A stretch of 64,000 nucleotides of DNA, from assembly GCF_018350175.1 (NCBI RefSeq), contig NC_058373.1:85126001-85190000 (forward strand). The letters run 5' to 3'. Source of the stretch: Felis catus (lineage: Eukaryota). Below the pieces are notes generated by a model. The model did no database searches. It worked only from the letters and a program-made list of their open reading frames with translations, and was not told the origin of the DNA. Shown piece after piece: positions 25,288-36,447 of this stretch. The position numbers and the translations under genes are program-made. The first letter of the stretch is position 1. Each line of letters begins with the position of its first letter.

Positions 25288-26540
25288 TTGGCTCTAAGCA
25301 ACTTATCTACAAATTCGTTTTCTTACGTTAATAGCATGGAGATACTAAGCCGTCATCTTTTTGACAAGTAATATAGTTAGAAACAATCTTTTAATAAAAA
25401 AAAAATCTTTTAAAAAACACTTAAAAATAAGACTAGTTCCAGATAGAATATCTAATACAAGTAATTCTAGAACATGTGGTAATTAGTCTGAAATCACATG
25501 ACACTGTGGTTGAGAGAGAAAACCCAGCCTCCAGTGGGCAGTGGCTGGTAGGACTGGCTGGACTTTCCTTATGAAAGACGGCTACTGGTGCAAAATGACT
25601 CCTTGCAAGTAAACAGAGTCTGCAAAGAAGTTTTGTGTTCTTGTCTTTTGCTCTTCTCTAAACTATCAGCAAAGTTAGCAGTCATAAAAAAAAATAAAAA
25701 AATAATAAATGAGACACTGTTAAGATGGATTGTGTTTATCTGTTTTTGTATATCCTAAGGCCCTTAGCATTGGACACTTTGTGTATTGTATGTGAATTTA
25801 TGCAGCATATAAATTCAATTCAAGAAGGTGTTATATCTTTAGCTTCTAAGGACTGAGTGCCTTAGTGCTGCTGGTTTGTTAATTCTAGCAGCTCGGTTGC
25901 AGGTACTTGTATAATATTTTAGAAATGGAATATGGATAGTAACTGGAATTCTAAGCCTTACTAGTGTCTCAGAGCCATAAATACAGATTATTTGTCCAAA
26001 ACCACAATTACTATCTTTCCTATCAAGGTTCACATATTTTTGGGGTGGCTAAAAATCTATTCCGTTTGAGAGAAGGCTGCTAGTAGGTTATTTATTGTGA
26101 TGTGAAGAGAAAAAGAACATTAGCCTTAAGGTTCTAGAAGAATTCTCTAGAAGCTCAGCTTGGAAAGGACTTTAAGGAGTACATGGCATCTTCACGCCTG
26201 TGCTGGGAGAGCTGCTCCTAAACTAGAAGCTTGTCCTGTATTCAGGATTTCTTACTTATTAGAAGCCTGAATAACTTAGTGTGGGATTAAGGAGGTGTTC
26301 TGGCCAGAGCCTTAAGCTTTTTTTTTTGAAATGGATTTTTCTGTCTGAATATAAATATCATGTTTATGGTAAAAAATTTCAAACAATATAGAAATGTACG
26401 ATGTAGTAAGTGAAAAGTCCCACATAATTCTAGCCTTCCAGAGATAACTATTGACAGCCTCATGCACATCATTCTAACAGTTTTCTTACGTGTACACAAA
26501 TCTTTTCCCCTCAAAGTTGTATGTGTGGTATGATTCCACA

Positions 26541-27004
26541 GTTTTGTTTTGTTTTGTTTTGTTTTGTTTTGTTTTGTTTTGTTTTAGAGAGAGAAAGAGC
26601 ATGAGTGGGGGAAGGGTAGAGAGAGAGGGAGACAATTCCAAGCAGGCTCTGCACAGAGCCCGATGCGGGGCTTGATACCACAGACCATGAGATCATGACC
26701 TGAGCTGAAATCAAGAGTCGGATGCTTAACTGACTTAGGGGTGCCTGGGTGGCTCAGTTGGTTAAGTGTCTGACTTCACCTCAGGTCATGATCTCATGAC
26801 TCAGCTGGTGGGTTCAAGCCCCAAGTCGTGCTCTGGGCTGACAGCTCGGAGCCTGGAGCCTGTTTCCAATTCTGTGTCTCCCTCTCTCTCTGCCCCTCCC
26901 CTGCTCATGCTCCGTCTGTCTCTCCCTCTCAAAAATAAGTAAACACTAAAAAATGTTAAAAAAAAAAAAAAAAAACAACAACAACTGAGACACCCAGGTG
27001 CCCC
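26541..27004 (-). mobile_element. CanSINE with (TTTTG)n tail, interrupted by a nested SINE
   Basis: Body at 26541-26736, head resumes at ~26984-27004; TSD atgattcca at 26530-26538 and 27005-27013. Confidence 0.9.
26737..26983 (+). mobile_element. CanSINE nested in the opposite orientation
   Basis: ggggtgcctgggtggctcag head and A tail; short duplication aactga at the junctions. Confidence 0.92.
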
Positions 27005-27105
27005 ATGATTCCATGTTTTACTTGATCACTTAGTTGTGTGTTAAGAGACATTTCTTCATTTCTGCATATATAGATATACTTAATTTTTTTTAAATGACAG
27101 AATAG

Positions 27106-27318
27106 GGGGCGCCTGGTGGCTCAGTCAGTTAAGTGTCCAACTTCGGGTCATGATCTTGCAGCTCGTGAGTTTGAGCCCTGCATCAGTCTCTGTGCTGAGA
27201 GCTCAGAGCCTGGAGCCTGCTTCAGATTCTGTGTCTCCCTCTTTCTGTCCCCCCCCCTACTCACGCTCTCTCTCTCTCTCTCTCTCTCAAAAATAAATAA
27301 ACATTAAAAAAAAGTTTA
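27106..27318 (+). mobile_element. CanSINE
   Basis: TSD aaatgac(a/t)gaatag. Confidence 0.93.
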
Positions 27319-27372
27319 AAAATGACTGAATAGTATTCTGTTGTGTATAATAATATATATTATAACTGAACC

Positions 27373-27590
27373 CAGGGGTTGGCAAACTATGGGCTGCTGA
27401 CCAAATCCTGCCACCTCTCTGGCCTGTTCATGTTTTATTGGAACACACCCATACTCATTTGTTTATGTATTGTCTGTGGCTGCTTCCGTGCCACAATGGC
27501 AGAGTTGAGTAGTTGTAACAGAAACTGTACAGCCTGTGAAGCTGAAAGTATTTACTATATGGCCCTTTTCAGAGAAAGTTTGCCACCTTT
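27373..27590. mobile_element. MER58A-like hAT MITE
   Basis: caggggttggcaaactat..ttttattggaacac..ggcagagttgagtagttg..aaagtttgcc, with terminal inverted repeats. Confidence 0.85.
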
Positions 27591-27960
27591 GATTTAACTA
27601 ATTACCTATTAGTTGGATGTACACATTGTTTCTAATTTTGTATCATACAAATAATGCCGTGATAAGTGTATTTGTAAACTCATTTTTGTATTCACTCACT
27701 GTGTCTTTAGGGTAAATTCTAAGAAGTAGGATTGCTGAGTGGTACCTTAATTTTTATAGACCATTAGGGTTCTAGTTAAAAATTCCTCTTATAAATGGTA
27801 ACCTGTAATGACCAATCCTGAGTGGCTTAGATGTTAGAATCAGGAAGACTTGAACTTACATTTTAGGTCTATAGTCATTAGCTGTGTGATTGTATAGGTT
27901 CTCTGGGTACAAGCAACAGAAATAACATCTACTTAACTTAAGCAACATTATCGGATGTTG

Positions 27961-28831
27961 TGTAGTGAAAGGCTCAGCAGGCCCAGGCTGCTTAAGTTCT
28001 GCACATTCCAAAGAAAGTTCTGAAGTCCTGTTGTCAGAAGGACTGGCCCTTGATGATAGGCTCTGGCAGATAACCTCTGAGTCCTTGGAATATCCTGCCT
28101 GAGAAGAGTGTTTTTGTGTCTTTGTGCTTTGGGCCATGCTGTCTCAGTTTGACCAGATAGTTTACGCTAATAGTGTGACTTATGGTGAAAAACTGTTTTA
28201 ATTCACCAAGGCCTTGGGCCACACTGACCTCTGTGGGGCTGGAGACTGAGTAGCTACGGTCAGTCACATGCTATTTCCTATATCTAAGTCAGATGCATGC
28301 CTGGGTGACTTACCCTCATAAGAACCGTGGACACCAAGGCTTCGTTGGTGAGCTTTCTTGGTTGACAACTCATTTGTGTTGTCACACATCACTATTGGGA
28401 GAATTAAGCACTGTCCATACAGCTCTACCAGGAGAGGCTCCTGTTTCTTCCTGGACTCCACCCTCTGTGCCTTTATCTCTTGCTGATTTTTTAAAACATA
28501 TTTTTAAATGTTTATTTATATTTGAGAGAGAGAGATAGAGAGAGAACAAGTGGGTGAGGGGCAGAGAGAGAGAGAGAGGGTGTCAAAGGATCCAAAGTGG
28601 GCTCTGCACTGACAACAGAGAGCCTGATGTAGGGCTCAAACTCATGAACCATGAGATCATGACCTGAGCCCAAATCCCACACTTAACCCACTGAGCCACC
28701 CAGGCACTCCTTGTGCTGATTTTAATCTGTATCCTTTTGCTGTAATAAACCATAATGGTGAGTATAGCAGCTTTTCTGAGAGGTGAGTTCTAGCTTCAAA
28801 ACTGAGGGTGGTCTTGGGGTCTCCTGGCTCA
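27961..28831 (+). mobile_element. ERVL solo LTR (MER21/MER68-like), interrupted by a CanSINE
   Basis: TG..CA ends; ttgctgattttaatctgtatccttttgctgtaataaaccataa..actgagggtggtcttgggg. Confidence 0.7.
28491..28710 (-). mobile_element. CanSINE inside LTR
   Basis: TSD tgctgatttt. Confidence 0.93.
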
Positions 28832-29074
28832 GATATAGGGAGTAGCATGTGCATATAATGAGAAGGCTAGAGACTGAGGTTTGAATCAGGCAGAACCTGT
28901 GCAAAAAAAAAGCATGGGCCACTATTCTTGTCAGGCGGGGACACTGGAACCATCAAGCTCTAACTGGTCTGTGTTTTTGGCATCGTACTTAAGAGTCAAG
29001 GTTCCAGAGATTGCTAGCTTAGGGCCATGTGCTATCTTCCCCATCTCACTGTGCCAGTGGTAGCAGGAGGATCT

Positions 29075-29570
29075 TTTTTTTTTTTTTTAAATATAATTTA
29101 TTGTCAAATTGGTTTCCATACAGCACCCGGTGCTCATCCCAACAGGTGCCCTCCTCAATGCTCATCACCCACTTTTTCCCCTGTCCCCCATCCCCCATCA
29201 ACCCTCAGTTTGTTCTCAGTATTTAAGACTCTCTTATGGTTTGCTTCCCTCCCCCTCTGTAACTTTTTTTTTCCTCTTCCCCTCCTGCATGGTCTTCTGT
29301 TAAGTTTTTCAGGATCCACATATGAATGAAAACATATGGTATCTGTCTTTCTCTGCCTGACTTATTTCACTTAGCATAATACCCTCCAGTTCCATCCATG
29401 TTGCTGCAGATGGCCAGATTTCATTCTTTCTCATTGCCAAGTAGTATTCCATTGTATATATAAACCACATCTTCTTTCTCCATTCGTCAGTTGATGGACA
29501 TTTAGGCTCTTTCCATAATTTGGCTATTGTTGAAAGTGCTGGTATAAACATTGGGGTACATGTGCCCCTA
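29075..29570 (-). mobile_element. Young 5'-truncated felid L1 (ORF2 C-terminus, 3'UTR, poly-A)
   Basis: Encodes CTPMF..IAKLWKEPKCPSTDEW..WMELEGIMLSEISQAEKDRYHMFSFICGS*; poly-T at 29075; perfect 17-bp TSD tggtagcaggaggatct at 29058-29074 and 29571-29587. Confidence 0.97.
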
Positions 29571-29795
29571 TGGTAGCAGGAGGATCTGAGCACAGAAGTC
29601 TGGAGCACCCTTGAGTGTTGTTGTGGGAAAACAGTGCGCACATCTAAATCAGCAAACATTTATTGTCAATTATTTACTACTGTTCTGGCCACTTTTTTGA
29701 GAATAAGAAAATGTCCTTGCCCTCAGGGTGCTTATGGTCTGCTGAAGGTAATTCTTCAAAAGGAAATTGATGTGCTATTAAGAAGGAGTAATGAA

Positions 29796-30002
29796 GGGGC
29801 ACCTGGGTGGCTAAGTCGGTTGAGCGTCCGACTCTTGGTTTTGGCTCAAGATCTCATGGTTCTTGGGACTGAACCAGAAGCTGGGCTCTGGCCTGTCAGG
29901 GGAGCCTGCTTGGTATTCCTTCTTCCTCTCTCTCTCTGTCCCTCCCTGCATGCATGCACTTGCATGCTCTCTCTCTCAAAATAAATAAATAAACCTGAAA
30001 AA
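29796..30002 (+). mobile_element. Older CanSINE
   Basis: TSD aaggagtaatgaa. Confidence 0.9.
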
Positions 30003-30291
30003 TAAGGAGTAATGAATGCTGAGTAGCCAAAAAAAAAAAAAAAAAATAGCAACTGTATAGTTCAGTGTTCGAGGTACTCATCTGCAAAATGGGATAACAA
30101 TGACCATCTAATTAGATTACTGCATGGATTATATGAGATGATCTTTCATGCTCAGCCTATGGAAAACACCCAGTAAATAATGTTTATTATTTGTGTCTAA
30201 GAGTGAGAGTTCTAAAATTTTGAAGTCAAACCACCAGGGTTTGAATTCCAACTACGTGTTAAGCTGCTGATTTTATGTTAACTTCTCTGAG

Positions 30292-30409
30292 TAGGAACAT
30301 CTTATATATGTAGCCTATGCAGTCACACAGAGCCTTGTGCCTGGTTTAATGCTCTGCCACCACTGCCTTGAAATTCTTAATGATTTTTGAACAAGTGCCC
30401 TACATTTTC

Positions 30410-30440
<31 letters not shown>

Positions 30441-30697
30441 TTATTTATTTTTGAGAAACAGAGTGAGACAAAGTGTGAGCGGGGGAGGGGCAGAGAGAGG
30501 ACACACAGAATCTGAAGCAGGCTCCAGGCTCTGAGCAAGAGGTCAGCACAGAGCCTGATGCGGGGCTTGAACCCGCAAACTGTGAGATCATGACCTGAGC
30601 CGAAGTTGGATGCTCGACTGACTGAGCCACCCAGGCGCCCCAAGGGCCCTACATTTTCATTTTGTTCAGGACCCTATACGTTATCCAGCTGGTCCTG
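30292..30697. mobile_element. MER91-like hAT-Tip100 MITE containing a CanSINE
   Basis: tttaatgctctgc..cttgaaattcttaatgatttttgaacaag..cattttcattttg; 8-bp TSD tctctgag at 30284-30291 and 30698-30705. Confidence 0.75.
30410..30641 (-). mobile_element. CanSINE
   Basis: TSD aag(t/g)gccctacattttc. Confidence 0.95.
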
Positions 30698-30771
30698 TCT
30701 CTGAGCTTCAGTGTCCTCGGGTAAAATGGAGATAATGATATATACCACATTATTTTTCAACTGTCTCATTT

Positions 30772-30879
30772 TTTTAAGATTTTAGTTTTAAGTAATCTCT
30801 ACCCCCAATGTGGGGCTCCAACTCACAACCCTGAGATCAAGAGTCACATGATCCACCAACTGAGCCAACCAGGTGGCCC
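30772..30879 (-). mobile_element. Short CT-less CanSINE
   Basis: aagtaatctctacccccaatgtggggctc..gagatcaagagtc; TSD aac(t/a)gtctcattttt. Confidence 0.9.
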
Positions 30880-31678
30880 TAAACAGTCTCATTTTTAACT
30901 CTTAGTTTAAAAGTTTTTGTTCTTTTCCATTTGTCTCTTTTTCAGACATGTGGGTCCATTTCATTTATTTTATAGGAAGAAAAGCGAACTTCATTTCCTG
31001 TAGGAAGATGAAATGTTAGTAAGTTCGTACACAGTCACATGCTTTGCCATGAAGGATCATACACTGAATGTTTCAGCATCTTTCACAGACTACTCAGTGT
31101 TTTTATATGAGGAAATTGTTATTTAAAACTGAAGATGTAATAAAATGTAGAACAATTCATAAACTTATATAAAAGGAATATAACTGGCCCTTGAAGATTG
31201 GTGCTTTGATGTAGAGTGTGGTATGAAAGCAAACTTCAGCACCATTAAATGCCCTCTTAGAACTAATTCTTGCAATTTAGGTCCCTGCCATCTAGGGCAG
31301 AGAGAAATAAAGAACTATGTCCCACTATTCCAGAGAAAGTAAATTTGAATGAAAGCTTGAAAAGGAATAAACCATTTCTAAGGGCTTCAAGCACAATAGC
31401 ATAGTTGTCTTTTAAAATAGAGTACTTGTATTTAATTTTCACCCAGCAGCAGGTAGGAAGAGAGAGATGGAGAAAAGTGAAAATAGCTTTACAGATCAAT
31501 GGAGGCCTATTGAGGTAATAGGAGATCTGACGTAAGCATATATTGAAATCCTAGCAATTTAAAATTTTTTCTGTTTGGATTTTTGTCAATACTAGAAAAT
31601 TAAGTGTTGGTGTGAAATCTTGTACCATTTGGAGTCCCAGCCAAATCTCCTTAAAAGCTCTGAGGCGTCCAGACATGT

Positions 31679-31680
<2 letters not shown>

Positions 31681-31708
<28 letters not shown>
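31681..31708. repeat. (GT)14 microsatellite
   Basis: Seen directly. Confidence 0.95.
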
Positions 31709-31711
<3 letters not shown>

Positions 31712-32181
31712 GGTAGGAAGTACTTGTGACCTCCTCATGGCGAAGCAAAAGCACACTTCCGGTTTGCTTCCCTTGGTGACTCTGTGAAGGCCTGCATGCA
31801 AATGCACAGCATCTTTTAGTTTGGCAAACAAGGTCTGTGTAAATTCAGAGAAGTTGTATTCAAAACTTAGAAAAAAAAACGTTTAAAAACGGATTTTAAA
31901 AATATCAGTGGAAGCATAGTTTATAAAAAGTGAAAGCATCTGAGTTAAGTTAAACGATAAAACTACTAAGATTCATTAAACTAAAAATGTTCCTCCTAAC
32001 TTCATGAGGACGTGATTAGAAATGAGAGAAAAGGAGGAAGACTGGAGCCAGTTAAGCGGCTCTGTGTTTTGGGGAGTGGGGGTGGGCGGGATGAACATGG
32101 TGGGCCCTTCTTCAATGAGGACCTTTTAATTTTGCAATTCATAAAATATCTGATTTATTTTTAAAAAATATTTTATTTATC

Positions 32182-32371
32182 GGGGCGCCTGGGTGGCGCA
32201 GTCGGTTAAGCGTCCGACTTCAGCCAGGTCACGATCTCGTGGTCCGTGAGTTCGAGCCCCGCGTCGGGCTCTGGGCTGATGGCTCAGAGCCTGGAGCCTG
32301 TCCTGTTTCCGATTCTGTGTTTCCCTCTCTCTCTGCCCCTCGCCCGTTCATGCTCTGTCTCTCTCTGTCCC
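32182..32371 (+). mobile_element. Young felid CanSINE, tail hidden by N block
   Basis: ggggcgcctgggtggcgcagtcggttaagcgtccgacttcagccagg; carries a small cctgt duplication. Confidence 0.96.
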
Positions 32372-32505
32372 NNNNNNNNNNNNNNNNNNNNNNNNNNNNN
32401 NNNNNNNNNNNNNNNNNNNNNNNNNNNNNNNNNNNNNNNNNNNNNNNNNNNNNNNNNNNNNNNNNNNNNNNNNNNNNNNNNNNNNNNNNNNNNNNNNNNN
32501 NNNNN
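32372..32505. other. N block, 134 bp
   Basis: Counted directly. Confidence 0.99.
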
Positions 32506-33899
32506 TTGTTTTGCCTCAGACTTAAGCTTCAAATGTTACCCGCACTTGAACTTTAACAAAGAAGAGGAAAAGGAGCAGGTAGCATGGGGTCCAGGGATGG
32601 GAGTGTGAGAAGAGCACGTGGCTTTAAAATTCAGTGTTCATTAGTTCATGTTTGTAGGCTGAAAGCTTTTCTTACAAACTCAAAGGTCAACGGTGTAATA
32701 ATGCTGTTTATTACCATGATGATTATAAATACTACCTTTTGCCACTTTGATGGAGCCACTTTGAAAAATTCCTTCTGAAAATTGTTTTTCTTCAATCCTC
32801 ACCACCACCGTGCTCTGCCCAGAATGGTAAAAGGGAATTAATGGCATTGAATCATGAAGGAAATCAGGAGGATGCAGAATTGGATGGGCCACAGGCCACA
32901 CCACAGTGTATGTGTCTGGGAAGGGGGTTAGTGCAGTGTAAGATGTTATCAATGGTTTCATTTCCTGCAGTGGGACAGTGATTGGATTTCAATTTGGAAG
33001 GTTTAGGGTTGAATCTGGGATGCAGTAGAGCTGTTTGTGGAACGTTGAGTAGACAAATCCTTTTTGTGTGTTTCATGTAAGGAATATAAATGTTAGATTT
33101 TTCAAAGTCCTCAGAGATCACATCATTTGAATCCATGCCATGGAGTTAGAGTGTTAGGAAGAAATCATTCTGGATTCCACAGCATATATGGGGATTTAAG
33201 CTGGTGGAATAGTCTAGATTTTAGACATAGCAACGTTTGTATTTTTTATTAGGTTCAAGAGAAGGATGAAGGGGGCTGATGGTAAGAGTGAGAGGCCTTG
33301 AAAAAACAACTTCTTTACAATGCTCCTAAAGAAGAATGGGTTAACTACCTTGTAAATGGCAGAATTTTTAGGCAAATCACAAATGTGAGGATGGAAACTA
33401 AAAATGGAATGCCTCCTACATATGGAACATGGCTAATTTTCCAAGAGAGACTTTATATTTTTCACATAAATGAAATATTCTGGATTAAAATGTAACTTCT
33501 GCTGTAATGTGATTAGGCACACAGGTTGCTTCCCTGCTAACAGGCAGGCACATTTCGCTCGAGGCATTTGTTAAGTTCTAGCTGTGGTAGAATTTTTCCT
33601 ACCTGGTTTTTGCCGTTGGAGATCTTGTATACTCAGTGTTTCAAACCTGATGGTGTCATACAAGTACAAACTAAGACATACCATTATAGTTGTCTAATTT
33701 ATAGAGTATTACATATGGGGACAATTGCCCAGAAAGAGATTTAGGTGTCTGAACAATGTTCAATGACACTTATAATCAAAATGGAAACCTTTCAACCATC
33801 TTTTCCTTCTAACTGTTGTTCGCTGATTGATTCTTTACAATACCCAGCCTTGGCTTCTTATCTTATCCCTATTCTTGATAGGCTTTTAAATATTTTGGC

Positions 33900-35130
33900 T
33901 TTTAAAGAAGAAAGACGCAGGGTATTCCAAGCAGATAAAAAGCACCAGCAAAGGCACATGGGCGTGAAGGTGTGGGGGGTGGCAGAATTGCCCAGCGTCT
34001 GAGGATGGGATGTGCTGTTATAGTGGGGGGTACAGGGTGGGATGTAAGGTTAGAAAGAGAACAATGTAAGATGGAACAAAAAGGTGGATTGAGGTCAAAT
34101 TGTAAGGGCCATTAAAGGTCTGTGATCTGTGATTTTGAAAAATGAGTCTGGTGGCAGTGTGGAAGCTGCATTAAAGAGAAGGAAGAACATTATAGTAAGG
34201 TCAAAAAACCAATTATGTTGTTGCCTGATGAAAGACAATGAGACAAACTCTGCCTGCGTCAGTAGGAAGGGAGAAAAGGATGAGAAAGTTATTTCCTGGG
34301 GAAAGCTGAAAGGATTTGGTACAAGATGGCTGAGATGGTGGAGGAAAAAGGATGAGTCAAAGATGACCTGAACTCAGGTGGCTGAAAGATGACCTTGTGG
34401 TTCATCACTGAAGTGGGGAACTTGAGAGCAGGGCTGAGCTGGGGGTGGAGGGGCCTCAGGACGGGTGAATTAGTTTCTTAGGGCTGACATAACACCACAG
34501 ACTGGGTGGTTTAACCAGTAGAAACTTGTACCTGATAGTTCTGAAGGCTAGAAGTCCATGATCAAGATGTCACAGGGTTAGTGCCCTCTGAAGGCTCTAG
34601 GCCTATTCCAGTCTTCTCTCTTAGCTTTTGGAAGTTCCTTAGCTCATGGCAGTGTAATTCTTATCTTCACATGGTGTTGTCCCATTGTGAGTTTCTGTGT
34701 CCAGATCTCCTTTTTATAGGGACACAGTGACATTGGATTAGAGGCTCACTCTACTCCAGTATTATATCATTTTAACTAATTGTATCTGCAATGAGCCTAT
34801 ATCCAAATAACATTATATTGTGAGGTACTGGGGGTTAGGACTTCATCATATATGAATTTTCATATATGAATTTTCATCAAATATGAATGGAGTAGACACA
34901 ATTCAACTCCCAACCATGGGGTAGGTCACACAATAATGATTAGCTTTAGATGTGCTGAATTTTAGGTTTCTGTGGGACCAGTGTCAGCAGGCTGATGATT
35001 ATGGGGATATGAGCTGGATGCATAGATTTGGTCATCATCTACATATAGGGAACACTCATGTCCTGAAGAATTGTCTGTGGAGACTTTTCCGAGAGAGTAG
35101 AGGCATTTGCCTGGAGAAGGAGAGAAAAGA
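33900..35130 (-). mobile_element. L2 fragments split by an MLT1 LTR
   Basis: gggtattccaagcaga..caaaggcacatgg; tctggtggcagtgtgg; gatgagtcaaagatgac; catagatttggtcatcatct. Confidence 0.6.
34466..34916 (-). mobile_element. MaLR LTR (MLT1B/C-like)
   Basis: accacagactgggtggtttaa..ttctgaaggctagaagtcc..gaggtactgggggttaggacttca..acacaattcaac. Confidence 0.85.
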
Positions 35131-35139
35131 GGAAGGACA

Positions 35140-35320
35140 TAAATTCATTGAGTATGTGTTTATGAGGGAGGCTCTCTGCTCAGTGCTTAGACACCTGATC
35201 TCACTTAATCCTCACGCAGACCCAGTGAGGGAAGTTTGGAGTGAAAGCTGAAGCCGTGGTCACACAGCAAGAGGATGGTAAAACTGAGATTTGCACCCAG
35301 GTTTATTTGATTTCACTAAA
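35140..35320 (-). mobile_element. MIR
   Basis: atctcacttaatcctcac..ggtcacacagc..gagatttgcacccaggt. Confidence 0.65.
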
Positions 35321-36172
35321 AGATGCTGCCTCCTCTTGGGGACAGAGTAGAGGGCAAAAATAGGGCTGGGGAGAAAACTGAAGAATTTGTATGGTTCAAG
35401 GGCTGGCAGTGGGGGCCAGTCAAGGGGAAGAGAGAAATGATAACTAGTAGAGAAAGCCACTGGAGATCCAAAATAGAGTTTCAAGGGGCAGGGGGAGAAC
35501 CATAGTATTAAGTATTTGAAACCGGCTAAGGACCTAGAAGTGTCTCTTTGGTTTAGTGCCCTCTCTGCTCTTTGAACGTCCATTTGATTAAGAAGTGAAA
35601 TTATAACAAATTTTTGTCCACAGTGATTACAGGCAACAGATCTACTGTAAAATAAGAAAGAGAATTACTGTCAGTTTTATTCCAAGTTCACCACAGTCAA
35701 TGTGCTGTTGGGCGAGAAACATCAATTCTGACAAATTGCTCTATTCATGTATATACTACATCCCTATATATATGTACATTATCTAGTGATGGCTTCGGAG
35801 GCAACTATTATTCTTAAATTCCGAGCATTGGATCCTGGTACCAAGGTCACGGGTATACACTTTTCTTGTGTATATGTGTGTGCTACTGTTTGGGCTGCTA
35901 AGAAATGCTTTAATTTGTACGAGCATGGTATACCAGCTAGTGGAGAAATCTAATGAGGACATTTTAAAGTGTGAGTTAAGGCATTTTAGGACACAGTGGG
36001 GCTATTAGGTGATGAATAAGCACTTACTGGCTTGTTGCCCATACCTGCTTTATATTCGCTTCAAAGAAGAAAATTTTCATTAAAAACAAAGCAGTTAAAA
36101 TGTCAAGGTGCCCATTCTCTTTCTTCAGACTCTCCTTTTTACATTACAAAATAAGTGGATTGAGTGAAGCAT

Positions 36173-36447
36173 NNNNNNNNNNNNNNNNNNNNNNNNNNNN
36201 NNNNNNNNNNNNNNNNNNNNNNNNNNNNNNNNNNNNNNNNNNNNNNNNNNNNNNNNNNNNNNNNNNNNNNNNNNNNNNNNNNNNNNNNNNNNNNNNNNNN
36301 NNNNNNNNNNNNNNNNNNNNNNNNNNNNNNNNNNNNNNNNNNNNNNNNNNNNNNNNNNNNNNNNNNNNNNNNNNNNNNNNNNNNNNNNNNNNNNNNNNNN
36401 NNNNNNNNNNNNNNNNNNNNNNNNNNNNNNNNNNNNNNNNNNNNNNN
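36173..36447. other. N block, 275 bp
   Basis: Counted directly. Confidence 0.99.

Larger units (their letters stand above)
26350..27745 (-). mobile_element. Old L1ME-like 3' end, fragmented by three SINEs and a MER58-like MITE
   Basis: aaaaatttcaaacaatatagaaa; ttttaaatgac..tagtattctgttgtgt; ttggatgtacacattgtttctaatttt; tagggtaaattctaagaagtaggattgctgagt. Confidence 0.6.
30200..30745 (+). mobile_element. MIR split by a MER91-like element
   Basis: agggtttgaattcc..aacttctctgag, then resumes tctctgagcttcagtgtcctc..taaaatggagataat. Confidence 0.65.

Noticed and set aside
29309-29659. 116-aa ORF as a host CDS
   Set aside because: It is the L1 ORF2 C-terminus fused by chance to flanking DNA.
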